Below, piece by piece: positions 32,596 to 42,225 of a stretch of DNA of 64,000 nucleotides (within the stretch, counting starts at the first letter, position 1; every line of letters begins with the position of its first letter). Source of the DNA: an uncultured Pseudomonadales bacterium (lineage in GTDB: Bacteria; Patescibacteriota; Microgenomatia; UBA1400; PJMF01). The stretch lies in assembly GCA_964633875.1 (NCBI GenBank), contig CAZWKL010000001.1, positions 53,530 to 117,529 on the forward strand, in the 5' to 3' direction. The position numbers were made by a program, and so were the translations under genes. The notes beneath the pieces are model-generated. The model searched no databases and was not told the origin of the DNA. It saw only the letters and a program-made list of their open reading frames with translations.

Positions 32596-33540
32596 ATGAG
32601 TCAAGATATCTCAAACTACCCGGTCATGAACCCAACCTTCCAGATGGAAGAGAAAAAACTGGCCGACAACCAAGCTATTGTGACGATTGAGCCACTTGAA
32701 AGCGGCTATGGTCACACCGTTGGCAATGCCTTGAGGCGGGTACTTTTAACTTCTTTGCCCGGACATGCCATTACTCAGGTGAGGGTTGAGGGCGCTGAGC
32801 ACCTCTACAGCACTTTGGAAGGCATGACCGAAGATGTGTTCGAATTATCGCTTAACATCAAGCAAATTAGAGTAAAATCGACTAGTAATGATCCGGGAAC
32901 ACTGAGACTTTCAGTTCAGGGTCCTGCTCAAGTCACTGCAGCTGACATTGAAGCTTCGGCCGGTTTTGAAATTCTCAACCCCGAGCTTCACTTGGCTACT
33001 TTAACAGCTAAAACCAATCTCGATCTGGAGATGACGGTTGAGGCAGGTTTGGGTTACGAAGTAGCTGATGAAAAAAAGGCCAGCGCCATTGGCGACATTA
33101 TTGTTGACGCACTCTATTCACCCATTGTTAAAGTTTCCTATGAAGTGGAACAAACCCGGGTGGGCCGCCGCACCGACTACGACAAAATTATTCTGGATAT
33201 TACTACTGACGGCAGCATCGAACCAATCGAAGCGGTCAAACAGGCAGCCAGGATTTTGGCCAAGCAATTTGTGCAAGTTTTTGAGCCCGTAGTAATTGAA
33301 GAAGAAGTGCATGAAGATGAACTTTCGCCTGAGGAGGCAGAAGTTTTGCGACTGACTGTGGAAGAACTGGATCTCCCCACCAGGATTGCCAATGCCCTGA
33401 GAAAAGGTGGTTTCAAAACAGTGGGTGACTTGGCCGGCGCGGATAAAGATGTAGTGGCGAAGGTGAAAAACTTAGGAGAGAAAAGCGTTGATGTTATCAA
33501 CAGCGCCTTGCAAAAGAAAGGCGTAAGCCTGGGAGAATAA
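32596..33540 (+). CDS. rpoA: RNA polymerase alpha subunit
   Basis: EPLE.GYG.T.GNALRRVLL, YSP, KNLGEKS CTD. Confidence 0.99.
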   Translation: MSQDISNYPVMNPTFQMEEKKLADNQAIVTIEPLESGYGHTVGNALRRVLLTSLPGHAITQVRVEGAEHLYSTLEGMTEDVFELSLNIKQIRVKSTSNDPGTLRLSVQGPAQVTAADIEASAGFEILNPELHLATLTAKTNLDLEMTVEAGLGYEVADEKKASAIGDIIVDALYSPIVKVSYEVEQTRVGRRTDYDKIILDITTDGSIEPIEAVKQAARILAKQFVQVFEPVVIEEEVHEDELSPEEAEVLRLTVEELDLPTRIANALRKGGFKTVGDLAGADKDVVAKVKNLGEKSVDVINSALQKKGVSLGE

Positions 33541-33541
33541 G

Positions 33542-34027
33542 ATGAGACACAGAGTACAAAAGCGCAAGTTTAACCGCGACACCAACAATCGCAAAGCCTT
33601 GTTGAGGAACTTGGTTCGTCAGTTGGTTGAGCATGGTTCAATTACTACCAGCGAAGCCAAAGCTAAAGAAACTAAAAGAGTAGCTGACAAATTAATTGGC
33701 AAAGCTAAAACTGACAACTTGGCTACCAGAAGAAAGTTGCACACTTTTTTTGGCAAGCGCGATGTGGTCAATACTTTAATTGAGCGGGTAGCACCGGTGT
33801 TTACCAAAAGAAAATCTGGTTTTACCAGAATTGTGAAAATTGGTAGTCGTCGTGGCGACAACAGCCCGGTGGTAAAACTCGAACTGGTGGAGCAACGAGA
33901 GTTATTGCATACTTTGCGAAATCCTGAAGCGAAAGTAGCAGCTAAAACCACCAAATCTGTCAAGACCACTAAAACTATCAGGGCGGCCACCAAGACAACT
34001 AAAACAACCAAGAAGAAGGCGGCATAA
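33542..34027 (+). CDS. rplQ: 50S ribosomal protein L17 with Lys/Thr-rich tail
   Basis: MRHR, ITT..KAKE, GFTRI.K.G.RRGD. Confidence 0.98.
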   Translation: MRHRVQKRKFNRDTNNRKALLRNLVRQLVEHGSITTSEAKAKETKRVADKLIGKAKTDNLATRRKLHTFFGKRDVVNTLIERVAPVFTKRKSGFTRIVKIGSRRGDNSPVVKLELVEQRELLHTLRNPEAKVAAKTTKSVKTTKTIRAATKTTKTTKKKAA

Positions 34028-34030
34028 ATT

Positions 34031-34468
34031 ATGCAAAAAACTTACATGCACAAACCGGCTGATGTGAAAAGAGAATGGCACTTGATGGATGCTCAAGATC
34101 AGGTATTGGGTCGTTTCGCTACTCAGGTGGCAGAGAAACTCATCGGCAAGCACAAAAAAGAATTCACCCCTCATGTTGACGGCGGTGATTATGTGGTGGT
34201 TATTAACGCGGTTGAGATTGCGGTGACCGGCAACAAGAGAACTGACAAAAAATATTACCGTCATTCAGGTTTTCCCGGCGGCTTGAAAGTTCGCACTTTT
34301 GACGAACTTCAGCAGAAATTTCCTGAAAAAATTATTGAATTAGCCGTTAAAAACATGCTACCTAAAAATAAGCATCAAGATGAGCGCATGACTCGACTCA
34401 AAGTCTACGCTGGTAGTGAGCATAAGCATCAGAGCCAACTCACCGCTAAGGACAAGGGAGCAAAATAA
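34031..34468 (+). CDS. rplM: 50S ribosomal protein L13
   Basis: GKHK..FTPHVD.GDYV, YYRHSGFPGG. Confidence 0.99.
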   Translation: MQKTYMHKPADVKREWHLMDAQDQVLGRFATQVAEKLIGKHKKEFTPHVDGGDYVVVINAVEIAVTGNKRTDKKYYRHSGFPGGLKVRTFDELQQKFPEKIIELAVKNMLPKNKHQDERMTRLKVYAGSEHKHQSQLTAKDKGAK

Positions 34469-34475
34469 GGAAAGT

Positions 34476-34991
34476 ATGGCATTAAAATTAGGCAAAAAAC
34501 AAAACCGCGTTAAGAAAATTATTAAGAAAGCCAGCCAAACCAATGTTCGCGCGGCGGGAGCAGACAGCGCTGTTAATTCCAACCTTACTCTGCCAACAGG
34601 TAGATTTACTGAGGGTCTGGGTCGTAGGAAAGTGGCTATAGCCAGGGTCAGGCTTTACGAGTCTAAGGGCGATTTTGTAGTTAATGGCCAATTAGTCACC
34701 GATTATTTTGCCGGAGTGATGAATGTAGTCAAGCTTTATAATCAGCCGTTTGAAATTACCAATACTAAAGACAAATTTGCCGTCACCGTGAAAGTGAGTG
34801 GTTCCGGACTGCCAGCGCAATTAGAAGCAATGGTTCACGGTATTGCTCGCGCTTTGGTTGAGTATGATCCGGAAAATCGGCCTCTTTTGAAACAAGCGGG
34901 CTTGCTCACCAGAGATCCGAGAATGAAGGAAACGCGCAAACCTGGCAGGGGCGGTAAAGCCAGACGCAAGCGTCAATCACCAAAGCGGTAA
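34476..34991 (+). CDS. rpsI: 30S ribosomal protein S9 with basic N-terminal extension
   Basis: GRRK.A.ARV, LTRDPRMKE..KPG, KAR..RQSPKR; ATG 34476. Confidence 0.97.
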   Translation: MALKLGKKQNRVKKIIKKASQTNVRAAGADSAVNSNLTLPTGRFTEGLGRRKVAIARVRLYESKGDFVVNGQLVTDYFAGVMNVVKLYNQPFEITNTKDKFAVTVKVSGSGLPAQLEAMVHGIARALVEYDPENRPLLKQAGLLTRDPRMKETRKPGRGGKARRKRQSPKR

Positions 34992-35378
34992 GGTGGGAAT
35001 TTTCCAGTCGCCTTTGGGATATCTTCTCTTGAGGTAGGCCATCATGTCATCCATAGTCCAAGTTTGCGTATCATCAAGCTCGTTTTTGTTTATTCTGGGA
35101 TTGGTGTAAACTTTGCCATTGCCCAACTGAATTTTGGTTACTCCTGGAGGCAAATGCTGAAAAATGATCACTCTGTACACGTTTTCGACTAATGGGCTTA
35201 AAGGAATTTTTGAACCTGTTTCTTCGTCAAAATAAAATCCAGAATTCAGCGCTCTGATGGCCTCATCAATTTTCAACGCCATTTGAATAATTTTTGCCTC
35301 TTGCTCTTCCCCCACATCCACCGCGTGAGGTTTTTTAGTAGGCAAGTTAAAATTTATTCCAAATATCTCAACCATCAA
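34977..35378 (-). CDS. Hypothetical protein
   Basis: 133 aa ORF directly after the last permease; 3' end overlaps rpsI by 15 nt. Confidence 0.5.
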   Translation of the reverse strand: MMVEIFGINFNLPTKKPHAVDVGEEQEAKIIQMALKIDEAIRALNSGFYFDEETGSKIPLSPLVENVYRVIIFQHLPPGVTKIQLGNGKVYTNPRINKNELDDTQTWTMDDMMAYLKRRYPKGDWKIPTLPLW

Positions 35379-35387
35379 TGCCTTTCT

Positions 35388-36188
35388 TTAACTACTAGCA
35401 CTACTATACCTTTTTAGGCTCCAATTCCAAAGCCAAAGGCTAAAAGTAAAAAAGCCAATTCCAAAAAAGCTGGCCATGACACCAGTGTAGGTGGGTGGCT
35501 GGTTGATGAGAATTTGACTGGGAATGGTGATCATCATGCCTACTGGTACCAAGAAAAACAATGCCAAGCGAATTGGTTCCAGGTAAATGGTGACGGGAAA
35601 CCGAGCCATGTCCATCAGGTCGCGATAAAGCCAGGTGGCGCCATCGATTTCGGTGGTGAGGATGCCGATGGCTAGGATGATGATGTGTAGCGCTGCAGCA
35701 ATGAGGAAAGCATTGGCGAGCAGAAGCAAGTACCAGGCTAGTGAAGCAACGGTGATGGTTAGCTCAAGCTGCAGCGCAATCCAAATACTAATCACCGTAG
35801 TAGGAATGACAAAAACAGCATCATTGAAATCGGGGTGGCCAGTGAGGGTTTGAAAAAGCGTATTAACTGGCTTGGCCAGGAGAAAATCCAACTCACCGCG
35901 CCTAACTTGTTGAGAAAACATGTACACTCCTCGGAAAAACACCTGAGACATCAAATCAATGAACTGATAGGTTAGGAAAAAGACAATCATTTCGTCAGTG
36001 GTGTAACCGGCAAAAGTATCAATAGTTTCTCTGATCAAAAACAAAACCAAAAGCGACATGGCAAACCTGATCACTTTGCCGGTGAAAAATAACGAATTTG
36101 TCCAACGATTGACAAAAGTTTGTTGCAGCACGTTGCTGGCCAGAATTCTCCAGACTTTAAAGTGGGTTTTCAGTCGTTTTAAGTTCAT
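35388..36188 (-). CDS. ABC-2 type permease (ABC2_membrane_6/DUF990-like), type B
   Basis: Multi-TM; GELDFLLAKPVN motif, ends YSSASS; ATG 36188 after AGGA. Confidence 0.85.
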   Translation of the reverse strand: MNLKRLKTHFKVWRILASNVLQQTFVNRWTNSLFFTGKVIRFAMSLLVLFLIRETIDTFAGYTTDEMIVFFLTYQFIDLMSQVFFRGVYMFSQQVRRGELDFLLAKPVNTLFQTLTGHPDFNDAVFVIPTTVISIWIALQLELTITVASLAWYLLLLANAFLIAAALHIIILAIGILTTEIDGATWLYRDLMDMARFPVTIYLEPIRLALFFLVPVGMMITIPSQILINQPPTYTGVMASFFGIGFFTFSLWLWNWSLKRYSSASS

Positions 36189-36195
36189 TATATTC

Positions 36196-36987
36196 CTATT
36201 GTCCGGCAGCATCATAACTTTTCAAGCCCCGGCCCCAAATATATTTCACCAGCCAGCCAAAAAATACAATCCAAGCCAAGAGCGTGAGCGTGTGTGTGAG
36301 CAATTCCTGGGGATTGAGTTTATCAAGAAACAACTGAGTCTGCATAAAGGCAAAATAAGGGAACGGAGTCATAAAAATAATCTTTTGCAGTAGTTCTGGC
36401 AAAATATTGAGAGGGAAGAGTTTGCCGGCAGTGATGTTAATGATCATGAAAAAGAGAAACCTTGGACCCCAAGTGTCCGGACTCCAAAAACCAAAAGCGC
36501 CAAAAAGCAAAGTAATCAGAAAATTCAAAATAATGCCACCCATCATCCAAACCAGAAATAGCAAAAAATTGTTTAAGCCAGGCAAAAAGATGACCGGCTG
36601 AAAAATCAAAAATAGTAGGGAAGTTTCAATGACCAAAAACCCGACATTTTTTAATTTATCGGCAATTTCTTGAGTGGCAAAATAGCCATAAACATTCATT
36701 GGTTTAATTAAAAACTGACTTAACTCACCGGAATAAACAATATTGGCTAAATTATTGAGAGCGGTAGCAATAATCGCGCTTTGCAAAAAAGCGGCCAGAA
36801 AAATATAGGTGATCATTTCTTGCTGATTGTAGGCAAAAGCGCTCTCAGTGGCGCCAAAAATGACCGTCCAGAGGGTCAGCGCCATGATGGTGGAGAGAAA
36901 CTGGCGAAAGCGCCACATCAAGATACTGGCCCGGTAGACCAGACCGTTTTCCCAAGCCACTTTGGTTAAAACCCAATATTTTCGCAT
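36196..36987 (-). CDS. ABC-2 type permease (DUF990-like), type A
   Basis: MRKY..YR, GELSQFLIKP, G.LFPL..LP, ends Y.A.G. Confidence 0.85.
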   Translation of the reverse strand: MRKYWVLTKVAWENGLVYRASILMWRFRQFLSTIMALTLWTVIFGATESAFAYNQQEMITYIFLAAFLQSAIIATALNNLANIVYSGELSQFLIKPMNVYGYFATQEIADKLKNVGFLVIETSLLFLIFQPVIFLPGLNNFLLFLVWMMGGIILNFLITLLFGAFGFWSPDTWGPRFLFFMIINITAGKLFPLNILPELLQKIIFMTPFPYFAFMQTQLFLDKLNPQELLTHTLTLLAWIVFFGWLVKYIWGRGLKSYDAAGQ

Positions 36988-37005
36988 GATGATTACCGCG
37001 CAGCC

Positions 37006-37079
37006 CTTTTTTCACCCTTTTTCACAGATTTTCACGCTTTTTGACCCAGGCTTTCACGCTTTTTTCACAACTTTTCACG
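37006..37079. repeat. Phased TTTTCAC (GTGAAAA) array, 7 copies at about 10-12 nt spacing
   Basis: TTCAC at 37011, 37021, 37031, 37041 (TTGAC), 37053, 37064, 37074, each preceded by a T-run. Confidence 0.8.
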
Positions 37080-38079
37080 CCGCTTGAGTATCACTGAAGA
37101 CTTCACGGATAATGGCCTCAATTGGCGGCTCTTCAATATTCAAATCTTCTACCGGCAGCTTGTTGAGAATCTTGCCTGCCTGGGTAGTGGCTTGTTTGCG
37201 CGGCACCAGCAAAGTAGCCGTGTAAGCAGAACCGTCTTGGTGGTACTCTTTGATCTCACCAAATTTTTTGAGGTCTTTTTCTTTGACTTCCTGGCTAAAA
37301 ACCAGGGACAGAATTTTGTTGCGGGCGTACTTGTCAATAATATTTTGCAGCTTGCCGTCAAAAACTTTTTTGCCCTCATCAATAATAATGGCCCGCTCAC
37401 ACAGCTCCTTGACGTCGTCCATGTAGTGACTGGTGAGAATAATGGTAGCGCCGAACTCTTGGTTGTACTGCTTGATGAAATCGCGCAGAGTTTTCTGCAT
37501 CACTACGTCCAGGCCAATGGTCGGCTCATCCAGAAACAGCACTTTAGGATTGTGCAGCAGGGCGGCGATCAGTTCGCACTTCATTCTCTGGCCGAGTGAA
37601 AGCTTGCGCACCTGGACATTGAGAATTTTACGCACATCCAGCAAATCCACCAGTTTGTCGAGTGTTTTTTGGAACTCTTGATCAGGAATTTCGTAAATGG
37701 CTTTGTTGAGCAAGAAAGTTTCCATGGCCGGCAGGTCCCACCAGAGTTGATTTTTTTGGCCCATCACCAGCGCAAACTGCTTTTGAAACTCCGGTTTGCG
37801 ATCCCAAGGGTTGTAGCCGAGTACACTAACCGCGCCGCCGGAAGGATAGAGCAAGCCCGAGAGCACTTTCAGGGTAGTAGTTTTGCCGGCGCCGTTTTGG
37901 CCAATAAAGCCCACTACTTCACCTTCAAAAATTTCAAAACTAATGTCATCGACCGCCCTGACGGTTTCGTACTCGCGGTGCCAGAGCGACTTAATCGAAC
38001 CCCAAAGCCCCGGCTCTTTGTGATAAACCTTAAAGTGTTTTTTGAGATTTTTGACAGAAATGATTGTTTTTTTCGACAT
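37075..38079 (-). CDS. ABC transporter ATP-binding protein (NatA/DrrA-like)
   Basis: Walker A GQNGAGKTT, LSLGQRM signature, FLDEPTIGLD, TSH. Confidence 0.95.
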   Translation of the reverse strand: MSKKTIISVKNLKKHFKVYHKEPGLWGSIKSLWHREYETVRAVDDISFEIFEGEVVGFIGQNGAGKTTTLKVLSGLLYPSGGAVSVLGYNPWDRKPEFQKQFALVMGQKNQLWWDLPAMETFLLNKAIYEIPDQEFQKTLDKLVDLLDVRKILNVQVRKLSLGQRMKCELIAALLHNPKVLFLDEPTIGLDVVMQKTLRDFIKQYNQEFGATIILTSHYMDDVKELCERAIIIDEGKKVFDGKLQNIIDKYARNKILSLVFSQEVKEKDLKKFGEIKEYHQDGSAYTATLLVPRKQATTQAGKILNKLPVEDLNIEEPPIEAIIREVFSDTQAA

Positions 38080-38106
38080 AGATATTGTTGTATTGTAACG
38101 TAATTT

Positions 38107-38907
38107 TTACGAGCTTGCTGAGGAATATTGCTTCAAACTGTGTTGCCACACGATTTTGCTGAGAGTGACGCTACCCACCGCTGCCACTGCCGACAAGAGC
38201 AGTAGCCACCAACTACCCCTGCCCAGCAAAAACAAAGTGGGAATATAGCCGAAAAAGGCCATTGGAATCAAGGTAACCGCCACCAGCTGAAAACTGAAGG
38301 GAAACAACGGCTGGGGATATTGGCCAAAATCGCTGATTTTCATGAAAACTTCAAAAACTTGCGAAGCTCTGGTGAGGTAGAAAGCCATGGAAGAATACAA
38401 AGACACAATGCCGTAGCAAACCACGATCCCCAGTACAAACGCCACCAAAAACATTAACAGGCCAGCCGGCGTAATCACCGCTTTTAAAGTAAACATTTGG
38501 TAAAAAAGCAGCAGCGCCAAGCTTATCATCAACACAAATTGCTCCACTTCCGGCTTGGAGTAAAACGACATAAATTGAGAATCAACCGGTTTGGTCAGGT
38601 AAAAATCCAACTTTCCTTGCCGAATATCGAAATAAACAAACTCCCGTGCGCCTTTCATAAAAAGTACAAAACAGCAGGTAAAAATTAGGTGAAAAACCAG
38701 AAAGAGCAAATAGCCCTCTGCTTCCGACCAGCCAGCCACCACAGGAGTAATGGTGTAAGCAATCTTGACCATAAAAAACATCACCACAACGTAGGCGGGA
38801 GCGTAAAGCGACTGCACCACAAAGTTGACCTTGTAAGCCATGATGGCGTTGAGGTGATAAATGAAAAATTTTCGGTAAAGATTGAGGTACTTGAGCGCTT
38901 TTTTCAT
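38107..38907 (-). CDS. ABC-2 type permease (DUF990-like), type B
   Basis: AGWS, GKLDFYLTKPVD, QYP, ends YSSASS. Confidence 0.85.
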   Translation of the reverse strand: MKKALKYLNLYRKFFIYHLNAIMAYKVNFVVQSLYAPAYVVVMFFMVKIAYTITPVVAGWSEAEGYLLFLVFHLIFTCCFVLFMKGAREFVYFDIRQGKLDFYLTKPVDSQFMSFYSKPEVEQFVLMISLALLLFYQMFTLKAVITPAGLLMFLVAFVLGIVVCYGIVSLYSSMAFYLTRASQVFEVFMKISDFGQYPQPLFPFSFQLVAVTLIPMAFFGYIPTLFLLGRGSWWLLLLSAVAAVGSVTLSKIVWQHSLKQYSSASS

Positions 38908-39690
38908 TTAAATACCCGTGCTTTCATAACTTTTAGAGCCGGCGCGCCAAAGTAAGTCGCGCAAGTAAGTGACGACAACGATCCAGCCGCAAAGAATCCC
39001 CAACCCCGCCAGAGCGGTAGTTTTTGGCAGTTCGTGATTCATCATCTGAATGGGCGTGTAAGCCAGGTGTTGAAAAGGCAGAAAGAAAGAGATCTGCTGA
39101 AACAACTGAGGAAAAAAGCTAATCGGTACCAAAACACCTGACAAAAATCTAATAACGATCAGCAGCGACCAGCGGATAGCAAAAACATCGTTAAACCAGA
39201 AACACAAGCCGGAAATCAAGCTGTACAAACTGAAAGTGAAAATAAAAATTATCGGCATGAAGAGCAAGAGCAAGGCAAAATCACCCAAGCCGGCGTTGAG
39301 TGAGTAGCCCAACAGATACAAAATTGGCAAGATCACCAGGAACTTAAATAAAGTTTCTAAAATTATCGTCCCGCTTTCAAAAGAGAAGTAATGCCAGACG
39401 GGCGAAATGGGTTTGAGCAAAAACTTGGACAAGTAGCCCAGCTTGATATCTTCATCAATGTACCAAGTGTGTAGGTTGGACAAACTGTACAGAATGGCCG
39501 CCAGGAAAAAATAGCGCACGGTTTGGTCTGAGGCCATGATTTGATTGTCACCGCTTTTTTGCACGCCAATCCAAACCAGCGACATCAAAATTACCATGGT
39601 GGCGTACTTGAGTGTCCGCAGCACAAAGTCGAAGCGATACTGCATCGTGTCTTGAATGCTGATTTTGGTGACCAAAAGATACTTTTTCAT
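38908..39690 (-). CDS. ABC-2 type permease (DUF990-like), type A
   Basis: MKKY..QYR, GYLSKFLLKP, SGVLVP..FFP, ends YESTG. Confidence 0.85.
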   Translation of the reverse strand: MKKYLLVTKISIQDTMQYRFDFVLRTLKYATMVILMSLVWIGVQKSGDNQIMASDQTVRYFFLAAILYSLSNLHTWYIDEDIKLGYLSKFLLKPISPVWHYFSFESGTIILETLFKFLVILPILYLLGYSLNAGLGDFALLLLFMPIIFIFTFSLYSLISGLCFWFNDVFAIRWSLLIVIRFLSGVLVPISFFPQLFQQISFFLPFQHLAYTPIQMMNHELPKTTALAGLGILCGWIVVVTYLRDLLWRAGSKSYESTGI

Positions 39691-39723
39691 TTTTTGCGCC
39701 AATCAAGGTACCAAGCAAGGCCT

Positions 39724-40527
39724 TTAATTCCCCACGCTGGTGTATTTTTTGATTGAAATTTTGTAAAACCAACCTGCGAAAATTATAAACCCTAAAGTAA
39801 AAATCAAGAAATACAATATGAGGGCGTAATTTTCTCTGCCCAGCAAAGCCTCGCTCGGCAAACTAGTCACTAAAGCCAAGGGGAAAAGAGTGGTAAAAAC
39901 AAACGAGGCCACGCCAGTGTAAATTGAGCGGGGAAACTGATAAATATCCCTCAGAGAAGGCATAATACTAGTGACGTTATCCAGTCTCTCAAACCAAAAG
40001 GCGATCGTGGCCGTTACAAACCAGCCGGTGTAAAGGAAAATTAAGCTGATCAACACTAAAGCAATGAAAAGGGCGATGTGTACGATAGAAAGCTCGATCT
40101 GCAGGTTTTTAAGCGCCCAAATGAGCACAAATATGCCAATAAGGAGCCTGGGAACGTTGTCATAGCTGTTGCGGTGAACCAATAAGAGGTAAGTGGTGTT
40201 GATTGGCCGGATGAGTAGGTCGGAGAGTTGGCCGGAATAAATCATCCGCCGGAAACGCATCATGTTGGGCGCGAACCAACCCCAAGTGAAAGCATCCAGG
40301 ATAGTGTAGGTGGCCACCACCAAGTAAAGTTCCATCTCGCTCCAGCCGGCGATGTTGTCATTGACACCAATCAACAGCCTGAAGAAAAAGAAATTAAAAG
40401 CTGTCCACATCACCGAGACAAAGCTCCAGAAGAAAAAATCAGTCCGGTAGGTCATCATTTGCATTAGCATCAGCTTGCGAAAGTGCCAAAAAAGTTGCCA
40501 GTATTTTTTCAGTCCCTTGTTTGTCAT
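39724..40527 (-). CDS. ABC-2 type permease (DUF990-like), type B
   Basis: AGWS, GQLSDLLIRPIN, QFP..IY, ends YTSVGN. Confidence 0.85.
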   Translation of the reverse strand: MTNKGLKKYWQLFWHFRKLMLMQMMTYRTDFFFWSFVSVMWTAFNFFFFRLLIGVNDNIAGWSEMELYLVVATYTILDAFTWGWFAPNMMRFRRMIYSGQLSDLLIRPINTTYLLLVHRNSYDNVPRLLIGIFVLIWALKNLQIELSIVHIALFIALVLISLIFLYTGWFVTATIAFWFERLDNVTSIMPSLRDIYQFPRSIYTGVASFVFTTLFPLALVTSLPSEALLGRENYALILYFLIFTLGFIIFAGWFYKISIKKYTSVGN

Positions 40528-41325
40528 TTAGCCTCCCACAGAAGAATACTGTAGCCTGGCTTTTTTCCAGACGAAAGCGGTCAAGGCAAGCATACCTAAA
40601 ATTACTCCGGTCATATAAAGATAATCAAATGGAACTAAACTGTACTGTCCCTGCAAGAGCATAACAGGGACGACAAACAAGTACTTGAAGGGCAGCAGCT
40701 CGACGATGTTACGCATCAGTTCAGGCAGAAAAATCACTGGCATAATGCTGCCGCTGAATAGCGCCACTGTTACCCACTTAAAGTGCTCCAATCCGTTGGA
40801 GCCTTCCAGCCAGAAAGTTAGCAGCACAATCCAGAGGCCAAAAATAAATTGGATCAGGTGGGCGGCGAAAAGGACCAGCAAAAATTGCGGCGCGTTGGCA
40901 AAAAAGTCCGGTAGGCTGAAGCCGGGAATGAAGAAGTTGATAATGAAAACTAGCAGGCCCAGGACGGGCAAAAAGAGCAAGAAAGCAAAAAACTTGCTGG
41001 CCACGCTGGAAGTATAGATTTCCAACAGGTAAGAGAAAGGTCGAATCAGGTAGAAATCGATTTTGCCGTCGCGGATTTGTTCAGCCCGCCAGCCTTCAAA
41101 GTGAACAACAGTCAAGCGGTCAATCACCGCCACCATCACGTAATACTGCATCACCTGGATCAGCGAGTAGTCTTGAATGGTGGCCGCGCCACGGTAGATA
41201 GCCTGCCAGATAAAAATCATGGTGATGTAGGGGACCAAGTCCATCAACAGCCACAAAAAAGTTTCCGCCCTGAACTGCAGAGAGGTCATCAGACTGAGCC
41301 GGAAAAAAGCCAGGTATTTTTTCAT
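40528..41325 (-). CDS. ABC-2 type permease (DUF990-like), type A
   Basis: MKKY..QFR, DGKIDFYLIRP, SG..MP..FLP, LPFKY, ends YSSVGG. Confidence 0.85.
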   Translation of the reverse strand: MKKYLAFFRLSLMTSLQFRAETFLWLLMDLVPYITMIFIWQAIYRGAATIQDYSLIQVMQYYVMVAVIDRLTVVHFEGWRAEQIRDGKIDFYLIRPFSYLLEIYTSSVASKFFAFLLFLPVLGLLVFIINFFIPGFSLPDFFANAPQFLLVLFAAHLIQFIFGLWIVLLTFWLEGSNGLEHFKWVTVALFSGSIMPVIFLPELMRNIVELLPFKYLFVVPVMLLQGQYSLVPFDYLYMTGVILGMLALTAFVWKKARLQYSSVGG

Positions 41326-41383
41326 GATTGGTCAGCGCTATCAGGGTGTAATGAGGCAGCACTAATTTAATTATTGTAGCAGC

Positions 41384-41422
41384 AAAAACCCCGACAGGCG
41401 CCGGGGTTATTTTTGGTTTTTT
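41384..41422 (-). terminator. Probable intrinsic terminator downstream of HU gene
   Basis: AACCCCG...CGGGGTT hairpin flanked by A/T runs. Confidence 0.55.
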
Positions 41423-41438
41423 AGTTTTGGGCGCGGTT

Positions 41439-41714
41439 TTACCAAACCTTCACTTTGAGCGGTTTGCCGACGCGGAAATTGACCACCCGGTGACCTTTGA
41501 TAGTCTGGCGCTTGTTCTCATCGCCAAAAGGCACCACTTCTTTATCGCCAACTTGGCCGATATAAAAGGTCCCGAATCCGGAAATGACTACTTTTTCTCC
41601 TTTTTGCAGTGATCTGCTGATCTCCTCAAAAAGCGCTTCAATGGCATCGTCTGCCGCTCTTTTGGTGAGGTGAGCTTTTTTGGCAACGATTGAAACAAGC
41701 TGAGATTTTGTCAT
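41439..41714 (-). CDS. hup: HU-family DNA-binding protein
   Basis: MTKSQL, GEKV.ISGFGTF, FR.GK.LK. Confidence 0.93.
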   Translation of the reverse strand: MTKSQLVSIVAKKAHLTKRAADDAIEALFEEISRSLQKGEKVVISGFGTFYIGQVGDKEVVPFGDENKRQTIKGHRVVNFRVGKPLKVKVW

Positions 41715-41829
41715 GTAAACTTTCTAGATTACTTATTTGTACTTAGCTGCTGAACTATGAATTATAGCGGTTGAGCATTGAATGTAAAGGGCAATTTCCG
41801 CGATAGCAAGCGCATTTATTATGTGTTTA

Positions 41830-42225
41830 TTATATATAATTGTGCCGTTTTAAGAAAGCGATAAATGCTCCCAGCAAATCGTAGCCGAGATCGCGAAAAG
41901 TGCCGTATCTGCCTGGTACGAAGGACTGGTGAAACTCATCCGACAAGGCGTAAAGGAAGGTAATGAAAAAAGCGATTTGCCAGATTTGGAAAGGGCCGTG
42001 TTTTTTCTGGGGGATGGTTTGTTGAATACCCCAATGCAGGAGCAGAAAAAGGACAGCATAAACAAAAATATGGGCTAGTTTTTTGAAGGCATAATCGCTC
42101 CAGGAAACAGCCAGTCCGGGCAGATTGGTTTGGGAGGAAAGCAGGAAGATGAAAATGGCCCAGAGTACGGAAGGTCCGAAGGCTTTAGCCCACAGCGCTA
42201 ATGATTTGAACAATTCTTTTTTCAT
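41830..42225 (-). CDS. VanZ-family membrane protein
   Basis: KKLAH.FVYAVL, YALSDEFHQSFVPGR....RD...D. Confidence 0.9.
   Translation of the reverse strand: MKKELFKSLALWAKAFGPSVLWAIFIFLLSSQTNLPGLAVSWSDYAFKKLAHIFVYAVLFLLLHWGIQQTIPQKKHGPFQIWQIAFFITFLYALSDEFHQSFVPGRYGTFRDLGYDLLGAFIAFLKRHNYI

Noticed and set aside
37006-37079. Possible CRISPR array
   Set aside because: Units are only about 7 nt with no spacers and no cas genes
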